The notes under the pieces were generated by a model, which did not search any database, had not been told where the DNA came from, and saw nothing but the letters and a program-made list of their open reading frames with translations. DNA of 64,000 nucleotides, from assembly GCA_964016885.1 (NCBI GenBank), contig OZ024740.1, positions 351,416,001 through 351,480,000 of the forward strand, in the 5' to 3' direction. Source of the DNA: Eledone cirrhosa. Its lineage: Eukaryota. The translations under genes and the position numbers were made by a program. Below, piece by piece: positions 53,824-64,000 of this stretch (the first letter of the stretch is position 1; the number at the start of each line of letters is the position of its first letter).

Positions 53824-55066
53824 AAATATCGTAAATTGACAGCTAAACACATGCAAATGACATATCTGCAAGTACAGTGAATATCAACTAATACAGAATA
53901 CTATTTATTGGTCGTCATTGTTTGTCTACACATTTATCACTTCTTCCCATACACCTTCTCTCTCTCTCTCTCTCTCAACCATCTTTTTTCCTTCATTATA
54001 AAATCGTATTCCTTCTATAGTAAGTATGCATTCTTCATTATCAATTCATTTATTTTCTAAGTTACCACGATAAATTAATCTAGCTAATGGCCGCCTCCTA
54101 AAAAAGAAGTGCCCCTTATGCAAAATTTCAGCTACTAAGATGCAAAACTATAGCCTACAACCTAGAACATACAAACATTCATTGACTTATATATATTAAA
54201 ATTTATGACTTAGGAGTGTCGACTGGTAGAGGTTTATTTATCTTTAGTTTGTACTTGATATAAGTTAGAATTGTTCTCACTTACATATGTACACAATAGG
54301 ATAAAAAAAACATTTTGTTCTTTTTTTTTCTTCCTCTCTCTTTTATTCAATCTTTCAGAATCAAGCGGTTTACCGATTTATTAAACCCTGGAGACCTTAG
54401 TTTAAATTGGCTTGAGATTACGAAGAAGTACTACTCTCCAGAAACTTTAAACAAGCTAATATTTTATGATGTAATAGGATTTTTAAATATCTAGATAAAT
54501 GTAATTTGAGGCGACGTTCTGTATAGGCTAGTTCAAAAATGTAAGTCAAGTGTTCCCTTAAGGCCAACATGAAATAGGGAACTGTTGTTTTCTTCCACTG
54601 TCCTCTTCTTTGTTTTCTTTTCTTTTTCTTTCATTAAAGAAACCATACAGAGAAGATAAAATATTTTGACTATATTAAAAAGGCTGAAATATCAGTCAAG
54701 AAGCAGGAGAAATAAATTACTTTATTCATATAGACTTATGTGTAGACAGACAGATTCCTACTTTAGATCTTCTACTGAATGCTGAATATCAATGATTATT
54801 AGCCACTTTTCTTTACACTTAGTGCTGATTATAAGACGTAATTGTTTTATGTGTTATTTAATACAGAACAAATTAAATTTATTGGGTATCCTCGCATTTT
54901 CCGTATAATTGTTATTATTTGGTTTTGGAGTATGGGCTGTTTCCAGTTCTGGATTTACAAGTAGGCAACGTAGGATACATCTCAGGGCTCCATATGTAAC
55001 TCAGTTCTGTTTTGAAATATAGCTATGAAACATTGTTGTGGACATTTATATCATGATTGTTCATTA

Positions 55067-55703
55067 TCTATATATATAAAACTGAGAATGTCTGTGTGTG
55101 TATGTGTGTGTCTGTGAGTTTGAATCCCTAAAACTCGAGAAGTACCCAACCGATTTTTTTCAAACTTTACATGTGTATTACTTATGTTTCAGGGAGTGTT
55201 ATGCACATAAAACAATTCAACTTTTTGATCCCCTAGATGAAAAACTGCGTTTTTTTTCAGCTTTTTAGAGGTTTTTTGAGGCGTTACGTCAGGCCGATTT
55301 CCTTTAAATTGTAACTATGTATTAGTCAGTCTATTCTTCATACCGTGAGCAAAGAAAATCCATCTTTTTTATGGCCTATGGCCCGCATTAGGTGAAAAGC
55401 TTCATTTTTTCAGCTTTTTAGGGCTTTTTTGAGGCGTTACGTCTAGCCGAATTTCCCGAAATTTCAAGGCATATTATGCACATAAAAAAATTCATTTTCT
55501 TGATCCCCTAGGGCCCGCATTAGGTGAAAACCTGCATTTTTCCTGCTTCATCGGGGAAAATCTTAAAGATTATCCAGCCATCAGAGTATTCGGTTTATTT
55601 TCTTTACATATTGTCCAGGCATGCAGTTTTTCCACGATTAGATCTGTTGGCGGCCCGCGTTCCAAAATACCTTATCCCGTGCAACGCCGGGTACCACTGC
55701 TAG
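55067..55703 (+). mobile_element. Non-autonomous Helitron
   Basis: 5' TC(TATATATATAAAA), 3' GC hairpin CCCGTGCAACGCCGGG (55676-55691) then CTAG; inserted between A and T with no TSD; internal subrepeats. Confidence 0.88.
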
Positions 55704-55715
55704 TTATTAAATAAA

Positions 55716-55933
55716 GGGCGGTGGATTGGCAGTATCGGTAGAGGGTCGGACGCCATGCTTTGACGCATAGAGTTACGGCCCTTGCCATTCTGAGTTCAAA
55801 TCCCGCCGAAGTTAACTTTGCCTTTCATCCTTACGGGGTCGGTAAAATAAAGTACCAGTAACGTACTGGAGTCGATGTACTCGACTTTCCACTCCCCCAA
55901 AATTGCTGGCCTTGTGTCCATAGTAGAAATTAT
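55716..55933 (+). mobile_element. SINE family 1, full length
   Basis: GGGCGGTGGATTGGCAGTATCGG...GAGTTCAAATCCC...AAATTGCTGGCCTTGTG. Confidence 0.88.
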
Positions 55934-56099
55934 TAAATAAAGAATCGTTATTAAATACATTTTTTTTTCTTTTGGTGTCGCCTTCATTTTGGGAGTTGGT
56001 ATGGATCGAATCATGAAATCTCTGTATCATTCTATGTGTTAGGCCTATATTCATATACTTTTAATAGTCATTTATGTTTCTTGGGAGCTGGTGCTGAGG

Positions 56100-56510
56100 G
56101 CTTCAAATACCCATGGACTCTCGTCTTCCATATCCTGAAACCAGTGAGATTGGTGCTGCCTACGCTCACTTTGTACTGTTGCAAATCGAAGACTGCAGGA
56201 AATACATGTTCAGAAAATAGGAATTTCCAGAAGTCTACACACTATATATAAGTAGGGAAGAACTGAAAATTGTTGTTAGTGCAGGATCTGCGAGGTAGAT
56301 TCTATGGGTGAGGATAAACAATGAGATGAATGAGTCGCGAGTATGGGTAAGTATAACGAAACTAGCAAGATCTGATGAGAAGAAGCTACAGTAGCGACGT
56401 TAGAAAGGTCGAAGAGAGGAGACAACACGTCTATGGACCAGAGTGGAGAGTGTTTAGGTGAATAACTTCATACCAATCAGTCATGTATAACAACTAGATT
56501 TATAACTTCA
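56100..56510 (-). pseudogene. Old CR1-like LINE 3' fragment
   Basis: Decayed HRR.V.S and VFPAVFDLQQYKVSV motifs on the minus strand. Confidence 0.45.
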
Positions 56511-56653
56511 GCAACTTTCATGTTTAGTTCACATTCCCCTGACCGCAAGGAATATAATCATTTAATTAATATCTATTCCAATGCATAAAGATTACACTTA
56601 AAGTATTTAATGCATGAATTACTAAAAATTTGACTAGTAATATATATCGTAAC

Positions 56654-56721
<68 letters not shown>

Positions 56722-56964
56722 TTAATATAGAATGGTTTCTACAGGACTAGAACTGTTTCATTCGAAGGAAATCACCAGGAAAGCCGACTGCCATTGTGTT
56801 ATTTATAATTGTGTTATTCATAATTTTTCCGGTGGTAAAGGAAGGTGGTGATTGGGATGGGTGAAGGTTATTGGCCGATGGATTTGAAAAAACGTTAACT
56901 ATAATTAGGGAAAAATACATAGTGATACAAAGGAAAAAGTAAATTCACACTAAGTACTTATATA

Positions 56965-57019
<55 letters not shown>

Positions 57020-57108
57020 TGAAGTAAAAGTTAAGTGGAAATATCCAAGAGTAAGAGCACTCAGTACATAGGACGAGTTTAGTATAAATAACTACAACAG
57101 TGACATAA

Positions 57109-57158
57109 ACAGGTACTCAAGTTTCGTTGGGTTCTGAGCCCCAATTTCTTCAGCCTGT
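57109..57158 (-). ncRNA. Type I hammerhead ribozyme motif
   Basis: Minus: ACAGG-CTGAAGA-aaTTGGG gctcagaa CCCAAc-GAAA-CTTGAG-TA-CCTGT; within a ~210-bp insert between (TA)n tracts that has a 28-bp inverted duplication. Confidence 0.85.
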
Positions 57159-57223
57159 CATGAGAAAAATGGAAAACAAACTTTGTTTTCCATTTTTCTG
57201 TTTATGCCACTGTTGTAATTATT

Positions 57224-57252
<29 letters not shown>

Positions 57253-57259
<7 letters not shown>

Positions 57260-58087
57260 AATATATGAAAAAATGATGTGTTGTGTGGTTGCAAATGGGT
57301 TACATATGAATAAAATTAGTCCTTTATCAGTGATCTTCCAGCCTTCATTGGTATTTCATCGCTTTAAAGATCATATACCTCTGGTTGGTGCGAGCAACGG
57401 CTAAAGAAAGTCGTTGGGACACGTAAAATAGGGTGAAACGAGCGAGACATGTAAACAAACAAAGATGGTAATGCAACGAAAAGTGAGGAAGAAGGAGTCA
57501 AGTCCCTGAAATCGATGAACTTAAGTTCTGTGAAATCGTAGACGAGAGATAAAGACCATCCAACCTGGGTGAAATGTGAGCGAAAAAAGGATTTCACACA
57601 GGCCAAACGGGAGGAAGTGAGGGAGAGGGAGTAGCAGAGAGTGAGTGAGTGAAAGTCTGAGGAAGAGGCTAACTGAGAGAGTGACTGGCAGAGGGGGTAA
57701 AAAGAAAGTGAGAGATACAGAGAAAGGGGAAGCAGTAAGAAAGAAACAGACGGGTCACAGCGGAGGAAAATATATAAATATATGAAAAAATGGCGTGCTG
57801 CGTGGTTGAAAATGGGTTACATATGAATAAAATTAGTCCTTCATCAGTGATCTTCCAGCCTTCATTGGTATTTCATCGCTTTAAAGATCATATACCTCTG
57901 GTTGGTGCGAGCAACGACTAAAAAAAGTCGTTGGGACACGTAAAATAGGGTGAAACGAGCGAGACATGTAAACAAACAAAGATGGTAATGCAACGAAAAG
58001 TGAGGAAGAAGGAGTCAAGTCCCTGAAATCAATGAAGTTAAGTTCTGTGAAATCGTAGACGAGAGATAAAGACGATCCAACCTGGGT
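57253..58087 (-). mobile_element. 517-bp non-coding unit, 1.6 tandem copies, in (TA)n
   Basis: Period 517 (57364 vs 57881); reverse-complement homologue of 8452-9043. Confidence 0.85.
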
Positions 58088-58940
58088 GAATATATATATA
58101 TATATAAGGAAAAGAAATCGAAAATGCAACTGGAATCTTTTTAAGAATATTTATTTATTTCCTTTACCGGTTTCACAGTTCTTATGCTTTTCAATAGTAA
58201 AATTAAGATGGAGGGTTTGTCGTTTGTCTCGCATCTGGTTCGTGTTCGAAAGTTCTTTCTGTTTTATGTGGAAAGAGTGGCACGAATTGCTTTTTTTTAA
58301 AAGTAATTTAGTACATCAAGTTGTGAATAAGTACATCAAATTTCACGCCAGTACGTGTTTGAAGGTTCTTTATTGCCACCGTCACATGATTGGCCATATA
58401 ATATAGGTGGTAGAAAGGGATGGTTTGCCATAGAAAGTTTTGTGCCAAGAAATGGGAGGGAGAGAAATAGGAGGGAGAGAAATAGTTCTGGTTCAGTGAG
58501 TATGGTTGATGCGAGGTGTCAAAATTCAGATTTTTTATTGAAATAAATTGAACGCTTGTGTCGATAGTGGTGGCGGCGCCGATGGTGGTGGCGTGCGACG
58601 CGCGCGCGCGTGTGTATCTAGCAAAGCGGTTTATCGTCTTGATAATAGAAATAAAAATGATTCCATTAGTAGAGATGGAGAAGGGTGTTAAATGTGTGTA
58701 TGTAGAGGGGGGGATACGGTTAGCATGTTAAGGTGTTAAAATATTTACGAATGTTAAAGTATATTTAGCTGTGGTATTTTATTTTCGAATATAGAGAAGA
58801 GTGTTATGTGTGTGTGTGTGGTTAACATGTTATGGTGTTAACATATTGTTGTATATTAAACTATATTTAATGGTGGTCTATATTTTTAAATAAACATACT
58901 TTCCTTATTTATTCGTATTTGGTCTGTTGTATTGTCACAG

Positions 58941-58999
<59 letters not shown>

Positions 59000-59238
59000 T
59001 ACTTGGGGAGGGTCATATTTGTGTAATATTGCCAGAATTAATAACAGAACACACTCACTGTTTTAGTTGGTTTTCGCTTCTCGCTGTCTTTTATATCGGT
59101 AATCTAACTTACTCGGTCCTCAATGTTGCCATTGACTGACCGACGGTCAAAAATAATACAGATACAATATAGACACAAACACATATATATAGTTTATCAT
59201 AAATCTTTCGTTGCACAGCAAATGAGAGAGATAACTTC

Positions 59239-62121
59239 ATGAGCGCCATCCGACGTGAAACGAAATACGCTCGAAACGAATGTAATAGGCATTTCAAGAA
59301 GAAATTAGAATGGATGAATACGAAAAAACTACAAGAAAGGAAAATCGAATATTCTCAAAAATACCCAGATAACATCGACAATATCCGTATGACTGATGTA
59401 AAACTACCGGAAGAATTTACCAATGACCACACAGTAAATATCTATGGGAACACTTTAATCAGTGAAAAAGAACAACAAATCCTACGGTTACCACCAAAAT
59501 TTGCCATCTACAAAAAGATTAACCCTATGGAGTGCAAAACAGAGCTGGAAAAGTGTTTCACAAAAATACGTTGGAATGCAAAGGTAAACAACAACAACAA
59601 TAATAACGGTAGTAGTAATATAAACAATAACTCTGGGTATAGAAATAATAGCCATAACACTAACAATAGCAGGAAAGTGAGAAATAGTGATAATGGTAAT
59701 AATACTAGCGATAGACAGAACAACAACAACCACAATAATAATAATAATAGAAACATTAACCACAGACACAGCAACAGCGACCACAGTAGTAATAACGGTA
59801 ACAATACGAACAACAACAACAATAACCACAGTGGTAATAATGGAAATAGTACATGTAGCAACATCAATGATAGACACAACAAAAACAAGAAACATAATAA
59901 AAGTAACAACCACAATAGTAGAAATAACAGTAACAACAACAACAATAACGGTGAAGTAAACAACAATACATCTAGCAATCATAACAATAATAATAATGCT
60001 AATGATAGAAACAACAACAACCACCCTGATAACAACAATAGCAACACACACAACTATGACAATAGATATAATGACAACCATTTAGAGAAACTATTTTTCA
60101 ACCCAGCTGACAAAACATATAAGATGGGTAATATCTATCCTACGAGGTTACCCTTTAATAAAAGAGTTTGTATACCACAACAAATAGATGACGAGACAGA
60201 GGCACAGTTCACCATAGCTAGAAATAAGATTAGACAAATAGTAGACAGGTATACTAAGAGACAGAGCAGACCAGAGGCCCAACAACTTGGGAGGAAACCT
60301 GTAGAAGGCTTGGTTAGCCTCAAGCAGCGCACAAGGGATGGTGAGGTAGTGTATCTACCCACAGATAAGTCTGGTAGGATGTCAATAGATAGCATGCCGA
60401 ACTACATCGAGGCTATGCAACCCCACATCACCAACACGAGCGAAGTTGCACAACAAACACACGATGGGAGAGAAAACATCCTCAACGCTCACATGATGAT
60501 GTGGACTGACATCCTAAAGCCAAGCAGACGCACTGCCAACAACTTCCAGGCGTCTAACAATGGCATACCACCCTTGTATGGGCTCCGCAAAGACCACAAG
60601 ACAGTCGACGACCCGACAACAGGATCACCAACAAGACCCGTATGCGGAGCTAATATAGCTAGCAACTACAGGATCTCCTACTTCCTCTCAATGGTTATAC
60701 GCCCCATAATCAAGATGTCCCCAGATGTATGTGACAGTACAGAGGACCTCCTCAGCAGAATCAGTGAGTGCAACAAAAACAGGAGCCTATCCAACTGCAT
60801 AATAGGCAGCATGGATGTGGTGTCACTGTACCCATCCATTAACATTGATTTTGCTGTGAAAAGATGTGTGGAGATGATCATTGAGAGTGAGGTGGAGTTC
60901 TGCGACGTCGACACAGACGAACTGGGCCTCCTACTTAGACTTATCTACGACACTGACTACCTAGACAGCCATGACCTTAGATGTTTCTGCCCTAGTAGAC
61001 CTATAAGAGGTAGACCCCCCACCATAACCTCAATGGCAAAAAAGACTCCCATGGGAAGGTGGATTGGGTGGACCAAAGCTATACGGACCCCCCAAAACAA
61101 TGATCAGGTAAGAAAAATGGTCGCACATGCAATAGGGGCTAGTATCAAAACTACCCTAAAGGGCCACATATTTAAGTTCAATGAGAAAATCTACACCCAA
61201 AATGAGGGAGCAGCCATCGGCGTCAGCATAGCTGGTGACGTTGCCAACCTTTTTATGGTATGGTGGGAAAGGAGACTTAAAGATCTCCTTAATGAAAGTT
61301 CCATAGACCTCATCATGTACTCTCGTTATGTAGACGATATCAATATAGTTATAAGAACACCCCCACTAGAGAGCACTAACAAGCTTGATTTAGAACGTAG
61401 CACGATGGAAAGCATCCAGCAGATAGCTAATTCCATACACCAGAGTATAACTGTAACTATCGACTTCCCTTCCAAACACCCTAACAATAGACTACCTGTA
61501 TTAGACACAGAACTCTGGATTAACGCTATAGACGAGAGAGCCCAAATTCTCCACTCACACTATGCTAAACCCATGGCCTCCAAATACCTGATACTCAAAA
61601 ACTCAGCAATGTCCAGTAGTGCTAAGTTTAATATTCTGATCGCAGATTTGGTACGAGTGATGAAGAATGTGTCCCGCATGTGCGACCCAACAGAAATGGA
61701 AAGACACATCCAACACTTCATCAACCGCATGCAGTTCTCTGGCTACAACCAAAGAGACAGAGTCAGAGTATACGAAGGAGCCATGGAAAAGTATAAGACC
61801 CTCATAGAACTGGACATGAAAGGAATTTGCCCATTATACAGGAGCAAATCATGGAATAGCTTAGATAGGGCTAGACATAAGATAGGGAAAGCCACATCAT
61901 GGTACGACAACCAGAGATACCAGAGTGTCATGTTTGTGGACGCCACCCCTGGAGGGAAATTAGCTAACCAGTGTAGAAAGGCCCTGAGAAAGACCCACTT
62001 AAAAATAAAGGTGGTAGAAAAGCCAGGAACCACCATAAAATCCCTGATCAGCAAAACCTACCCTTTTAAGAAAACCCACTGTACCAATAGGAAATGTATC
62101 ATATGTAAGGATAAACTGTAA
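59239..62121 (+). CDS. PLE reverse transcriptase (960 aa) with Asn-rich insertion
   Basis: PTDKSG, LYGLRKDHK, RPVC, SMDVVSLYPSI, GAAIGV, YSRYVDD, LPVLD, HYAKPM, KVVEKPG, C-x4-C-x2-C. Confidence 0.93.
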   Translation: MSAIRRETKYARNECNRHFKKKLEWMNTKKLQERKIEYSQKYPDNIDNIRMTDVKLPEEFTNDHTVNIYGNTLISEKEQQILRLPPKFAIYKKINPMECKTELEKCFTKIRWNAKVNNNNNNNGSSNINNNSGYRNNSHNTNNSRKVRNSDNGNNTSDRQNNNNHNNNNNRNINHRHSNSDHSSNNGNNTNNNNNNHSGNNGNSTCSNINDRHNKNKKHNKSNNHNSRNNSNNNNNNGEVNNNTSSNHNNNNNANDRNNNNHPDNNNSNTHNYDNRYNDNHLEKLFFNPADKTYKMGNIYPTRLPFNKRVCIPQQIDDETEAQFTIARNKIRQIVDRYTKRQSRPEAQQLGRKPVEGLVSLKQRTRDGEVVYLPTDKSGRMSIDSMPNYIEAMQPHITNTSEVAQQTHDGRENILNAHMMMWTDILKPSRRTANNFQASNNGIPPLYGLRKDHKTVDDPTTGSPTRPVCGANIASNYRISYFLSMVIRPIIKMSPDVCDSTEDLLSRISECNKNRSLSNCIIGSMDVVSLYPSINIDFAVKRCVEMIIESEVEFCDVDTDELGLLLRLIYDTDYLDSHDLRCFCPSRPIRGRPPTITSMAKKTPMGRWIGWTKAIRTPQNNDQVRKMVAHAIGASIKTTLKGHIFKFNEKIYTQNEGAAIGVSIAGDVANLFMVWWERRLKDLLNESSIDLIMYSRYVDDINIVIRTPPLESTNKLDLERSTMESIQQIANSIHQSITVTIDFPSKHPNNRLPVLDTELWINAIDERAQILHSHYAKPMASKYLILKNSAMSSSAKFNILIADLVRVMKNVSRMCDPTEMERHIQHFINRMQFSGYNQRDRVRVYEGAMEKYKTLIELDMKGICPLYRSKSWNSLDRARHKIGKATSWYDNQRYQSVMFVDATPGGKLANQCRKALRKTHLKIKVVEKPGTTIKSLISKTYPFKKTHCTNRKCIICKDKL

Positions 62122-62473
62122 AACTAGAAACGTAGTCTATAGCATAAGATGTACAGAGGGTACTTGCAGAAACATGACAACAACATACATAGGTGAGACA
62201 GCTCGTAGCATAGGTGAAAGGATAGACCAACACTGGGGGGAACTAAAAGGACGAAAAAACGGGTCAGTACTATACGAACATGCTAGACAACAACATGGCG
62301 GTAACATAGACAACATAGAAATTAGAATAATATCTAAACATAGAAATGACCCAGCTGATAGGCAAATCAGAGAGGCCAGTGAAATAGAAATTAGAAGACC
62401 AAAGCTAAACAGAAAGAATGAATGGAATAACAACAACACCCAAACAAACAACACTGACCTAAGAGAAGTATAA
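62117..62473 (+). CDS. GIY-YIG endonuclease, one frameshift from the RT ORF
   Basis: CKTRNVVYSIRC..TC...YIGETARSIGERIDQH, EHARQQH, RQIREA, LNRKNEW. Confidence 0.9.
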   Translation, partial: CKTRNVVYSIRCTEGTCRNMTTTYIGETARSIGERIDQHWGELKGRKNGSVLYEHARQQHGGNIDNIEIRIISKHRNDPADRQIREASEIEIRRPKLNRKNEWNNNNTQTNNTDLREV

Positions 62474-62704
62474 ATAAGTAAATAAAATAAGATAAATAAA
62501 TACATACACAAGCACAATAACAACAAGCACATAAACACATACTAGTCACCCATCACACAGCAAACATAACACTATACACACACGCAAACGCATGCGCAGA
62601 GAAGACAAAATAAAATAAACAAACAAGCAAATAAATAAATAAATATATAGACAGACTGAATAAAAAATGACGTAGACATACAACACAACAGGAGGAAAAT
62701 ATAA

Positions 62705-62748
62705 CACCACTGACGATGTTGCAGATGTGCAACGAAAGATTTATGATA
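62705..62748 (+). ncRNA. Hammerhead-like core in the PLE 3' pLTR
   Basis: CTGACGA-tGTTGCA gatg TGCAAC-GAAA-GATT-TA; stem I imperfect. Confidence 0.6.
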
Positions 62749-63005
62749 AACTATATATATGTGTTTGTGTCTATATTGTATCTGTATTATTTTTGACCGT
62801 CGGTCAGTCAATGGCAACATTGAGGACCGAGTAAGTTAGATTACCGATATAAAAGACAGTGAGAAGCGAAAACCAACAAAACAGTGAGTGTGTTCTGTTA
62901 TTAATTCTGGCAATATTACACAAATATGACCCTCCCCAAGTATAACAATATTTGTTTCGACACACGATTTCATATAAAAAACCTCGCAAAACTAATTCAT
63001 CGCCG

Positions 63006-63043
<38 letters not shown>

Positions 63044-63116
63044 CAAGTAAGTATGTTTTGAAACAGTGAGCAGGTTTGAAATTAGAAAATAGAATAGCTT
63101 TCACCATATTTTTTAC

Positions 63117-63260
63117 TAAAGACATTTTAGTCTCATAATGGGGTTTAGAACTCTCAGATAAATGGAAAAAGATGAGTATTGACGTACATGTACGTCAATA
63201 CTCATCTTTTTCCATTTATCTGAGAGTTCTAAACCCCATTATGAAACTAAAATGTCTTTA
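63117..63260. repeat. 144-bp spacerless palindrome
   Basis: Centre GTACA|TGTAC at 63188/63189; one mismatch seen. Confidence 0.93.
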
Positions 63261-63277
63261 TTCAAAAATACGGTGAA

Positions 63278-63355
<78 letters not shown>

Positions 63356-63381
63356 TTCACCGTATTTTTGAATATTATGGA

Positions 63382-63446
<65 letters not shown>

Positions 63447-63699
63447 GTCCATAATATTTTTCCGGTAAATATGTAGGTGACGGGACAGGGTTTGGAAATA
63501 TTCTGACCTCATTAGTGAAATTCCGTACTTGATCATCAAACACATATATAACACTATACATTATTTAATGTATGAAAATAGATAATAGTGTTTTACCAAG
63601 TGCTTGTGTACGTTGATGTTCTCTCTCTTTCACTCACTGCCTCCTTCTCGCTCGCTCTCCCCATCCCTCACTATTATAAGCAAATGAGATCCTACGCGT

Positions 63700-64000
63700 T
63701 GGCCGTCCCGTGGCCCCGGCAGACAGAATAGAGAGGTTGGTGAGAGAGAGGCTTTAGAAGAGCGACTCCCGCTGGCAAGGGTCATACCTGCGCGTAGCCA
63801 ACTCCGTGCCGATGGTGGTGAGTAGGGTGATGGTGTTCCCATGGCCAAGGACACCAGAAGTCTCCACTACTACGGGCTCGACCGTAAACCTGTCGGAGAG
63901 CAACCGATATTTGGAGAGTTTACTCTCTTTGGCCCGAAGTGCATCAAGGCGTGGATTAGTTGCAGTGCATCAGGTTGCTGCTAGAGAAAGTGTCGCTGCA
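63700..64000 (-). pseudogene. CRE-like non-LTR retrotransposon, C-terminal RLE fragment (runs off the window)
   Basis: Minus: CSDTFS...AKESKLSKYRLL...PVVVETSGVLG...IGTELA...DP. Confidence 0.6.

Larger units (their letters stand above)
58996..63008 (+). mobile_element. Penelope-like element (Neptune/Nematis-type) with inverted 5' pseudo-LTR
   Basis: 58996-59217 is the reverse complement of 62726-62946; (TA)n on both sides; RT+GIY-YIG ORF. Confidence 0.9.

Noticed and set aside
55716-55810. tRNA gene-like A and B boxes
   Set aside because: No cloverleaf; always followed by the SINE body, so these are SINE heads.
59488-60081. Hydrophobic Val/Ile/Leu-rich minus-strand ORFs resembling membrane proteins
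   Set aside because: Antisense shadow of the AAC/AAT tract in the PLE ORF.

Overview
AT-rich, microsatellite-laden eukaryotic DNA with no recognisable host gene. The SINE repertoire and repeat landscape suggest an octopod cephalopod, but that is inference. The window is almost entirely mobile DNA. It holds Penelope-like elements (PLEs: a Hydra-clade RT+GIY-YIG copy at 9176-12196, a Neptune/Nematis-type copy at 58996-63008, and fragments), a near full-length R4/Dong non-LTR element (37584-41789), RTE, CR1 and CRE LINE remnants, a Helentron-like ORF, a non-autonomous Helitron, hAT and mariner MITEs, and two tRNA-derived SINE families. The most striking signal is about 20 type I hammerhead ribozyme motifs from several sequence families. 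They are carried by short non-coding units, mostly inserted in or next to (TA)n. These include a 310-bp tandem array with 7 hammerheads and a central inversion (6344-8385; retrozyme-like, a candidate circRNA replicon), a diverged 303-bp sister, and ~400-bp and ~520-bp partial tandems. There are also many fold-back insertions whose ribozyme-sense strand points outward. All structures were read by eye and none were computed. Most ORFs in the supplied track are microsatellite artefacts.
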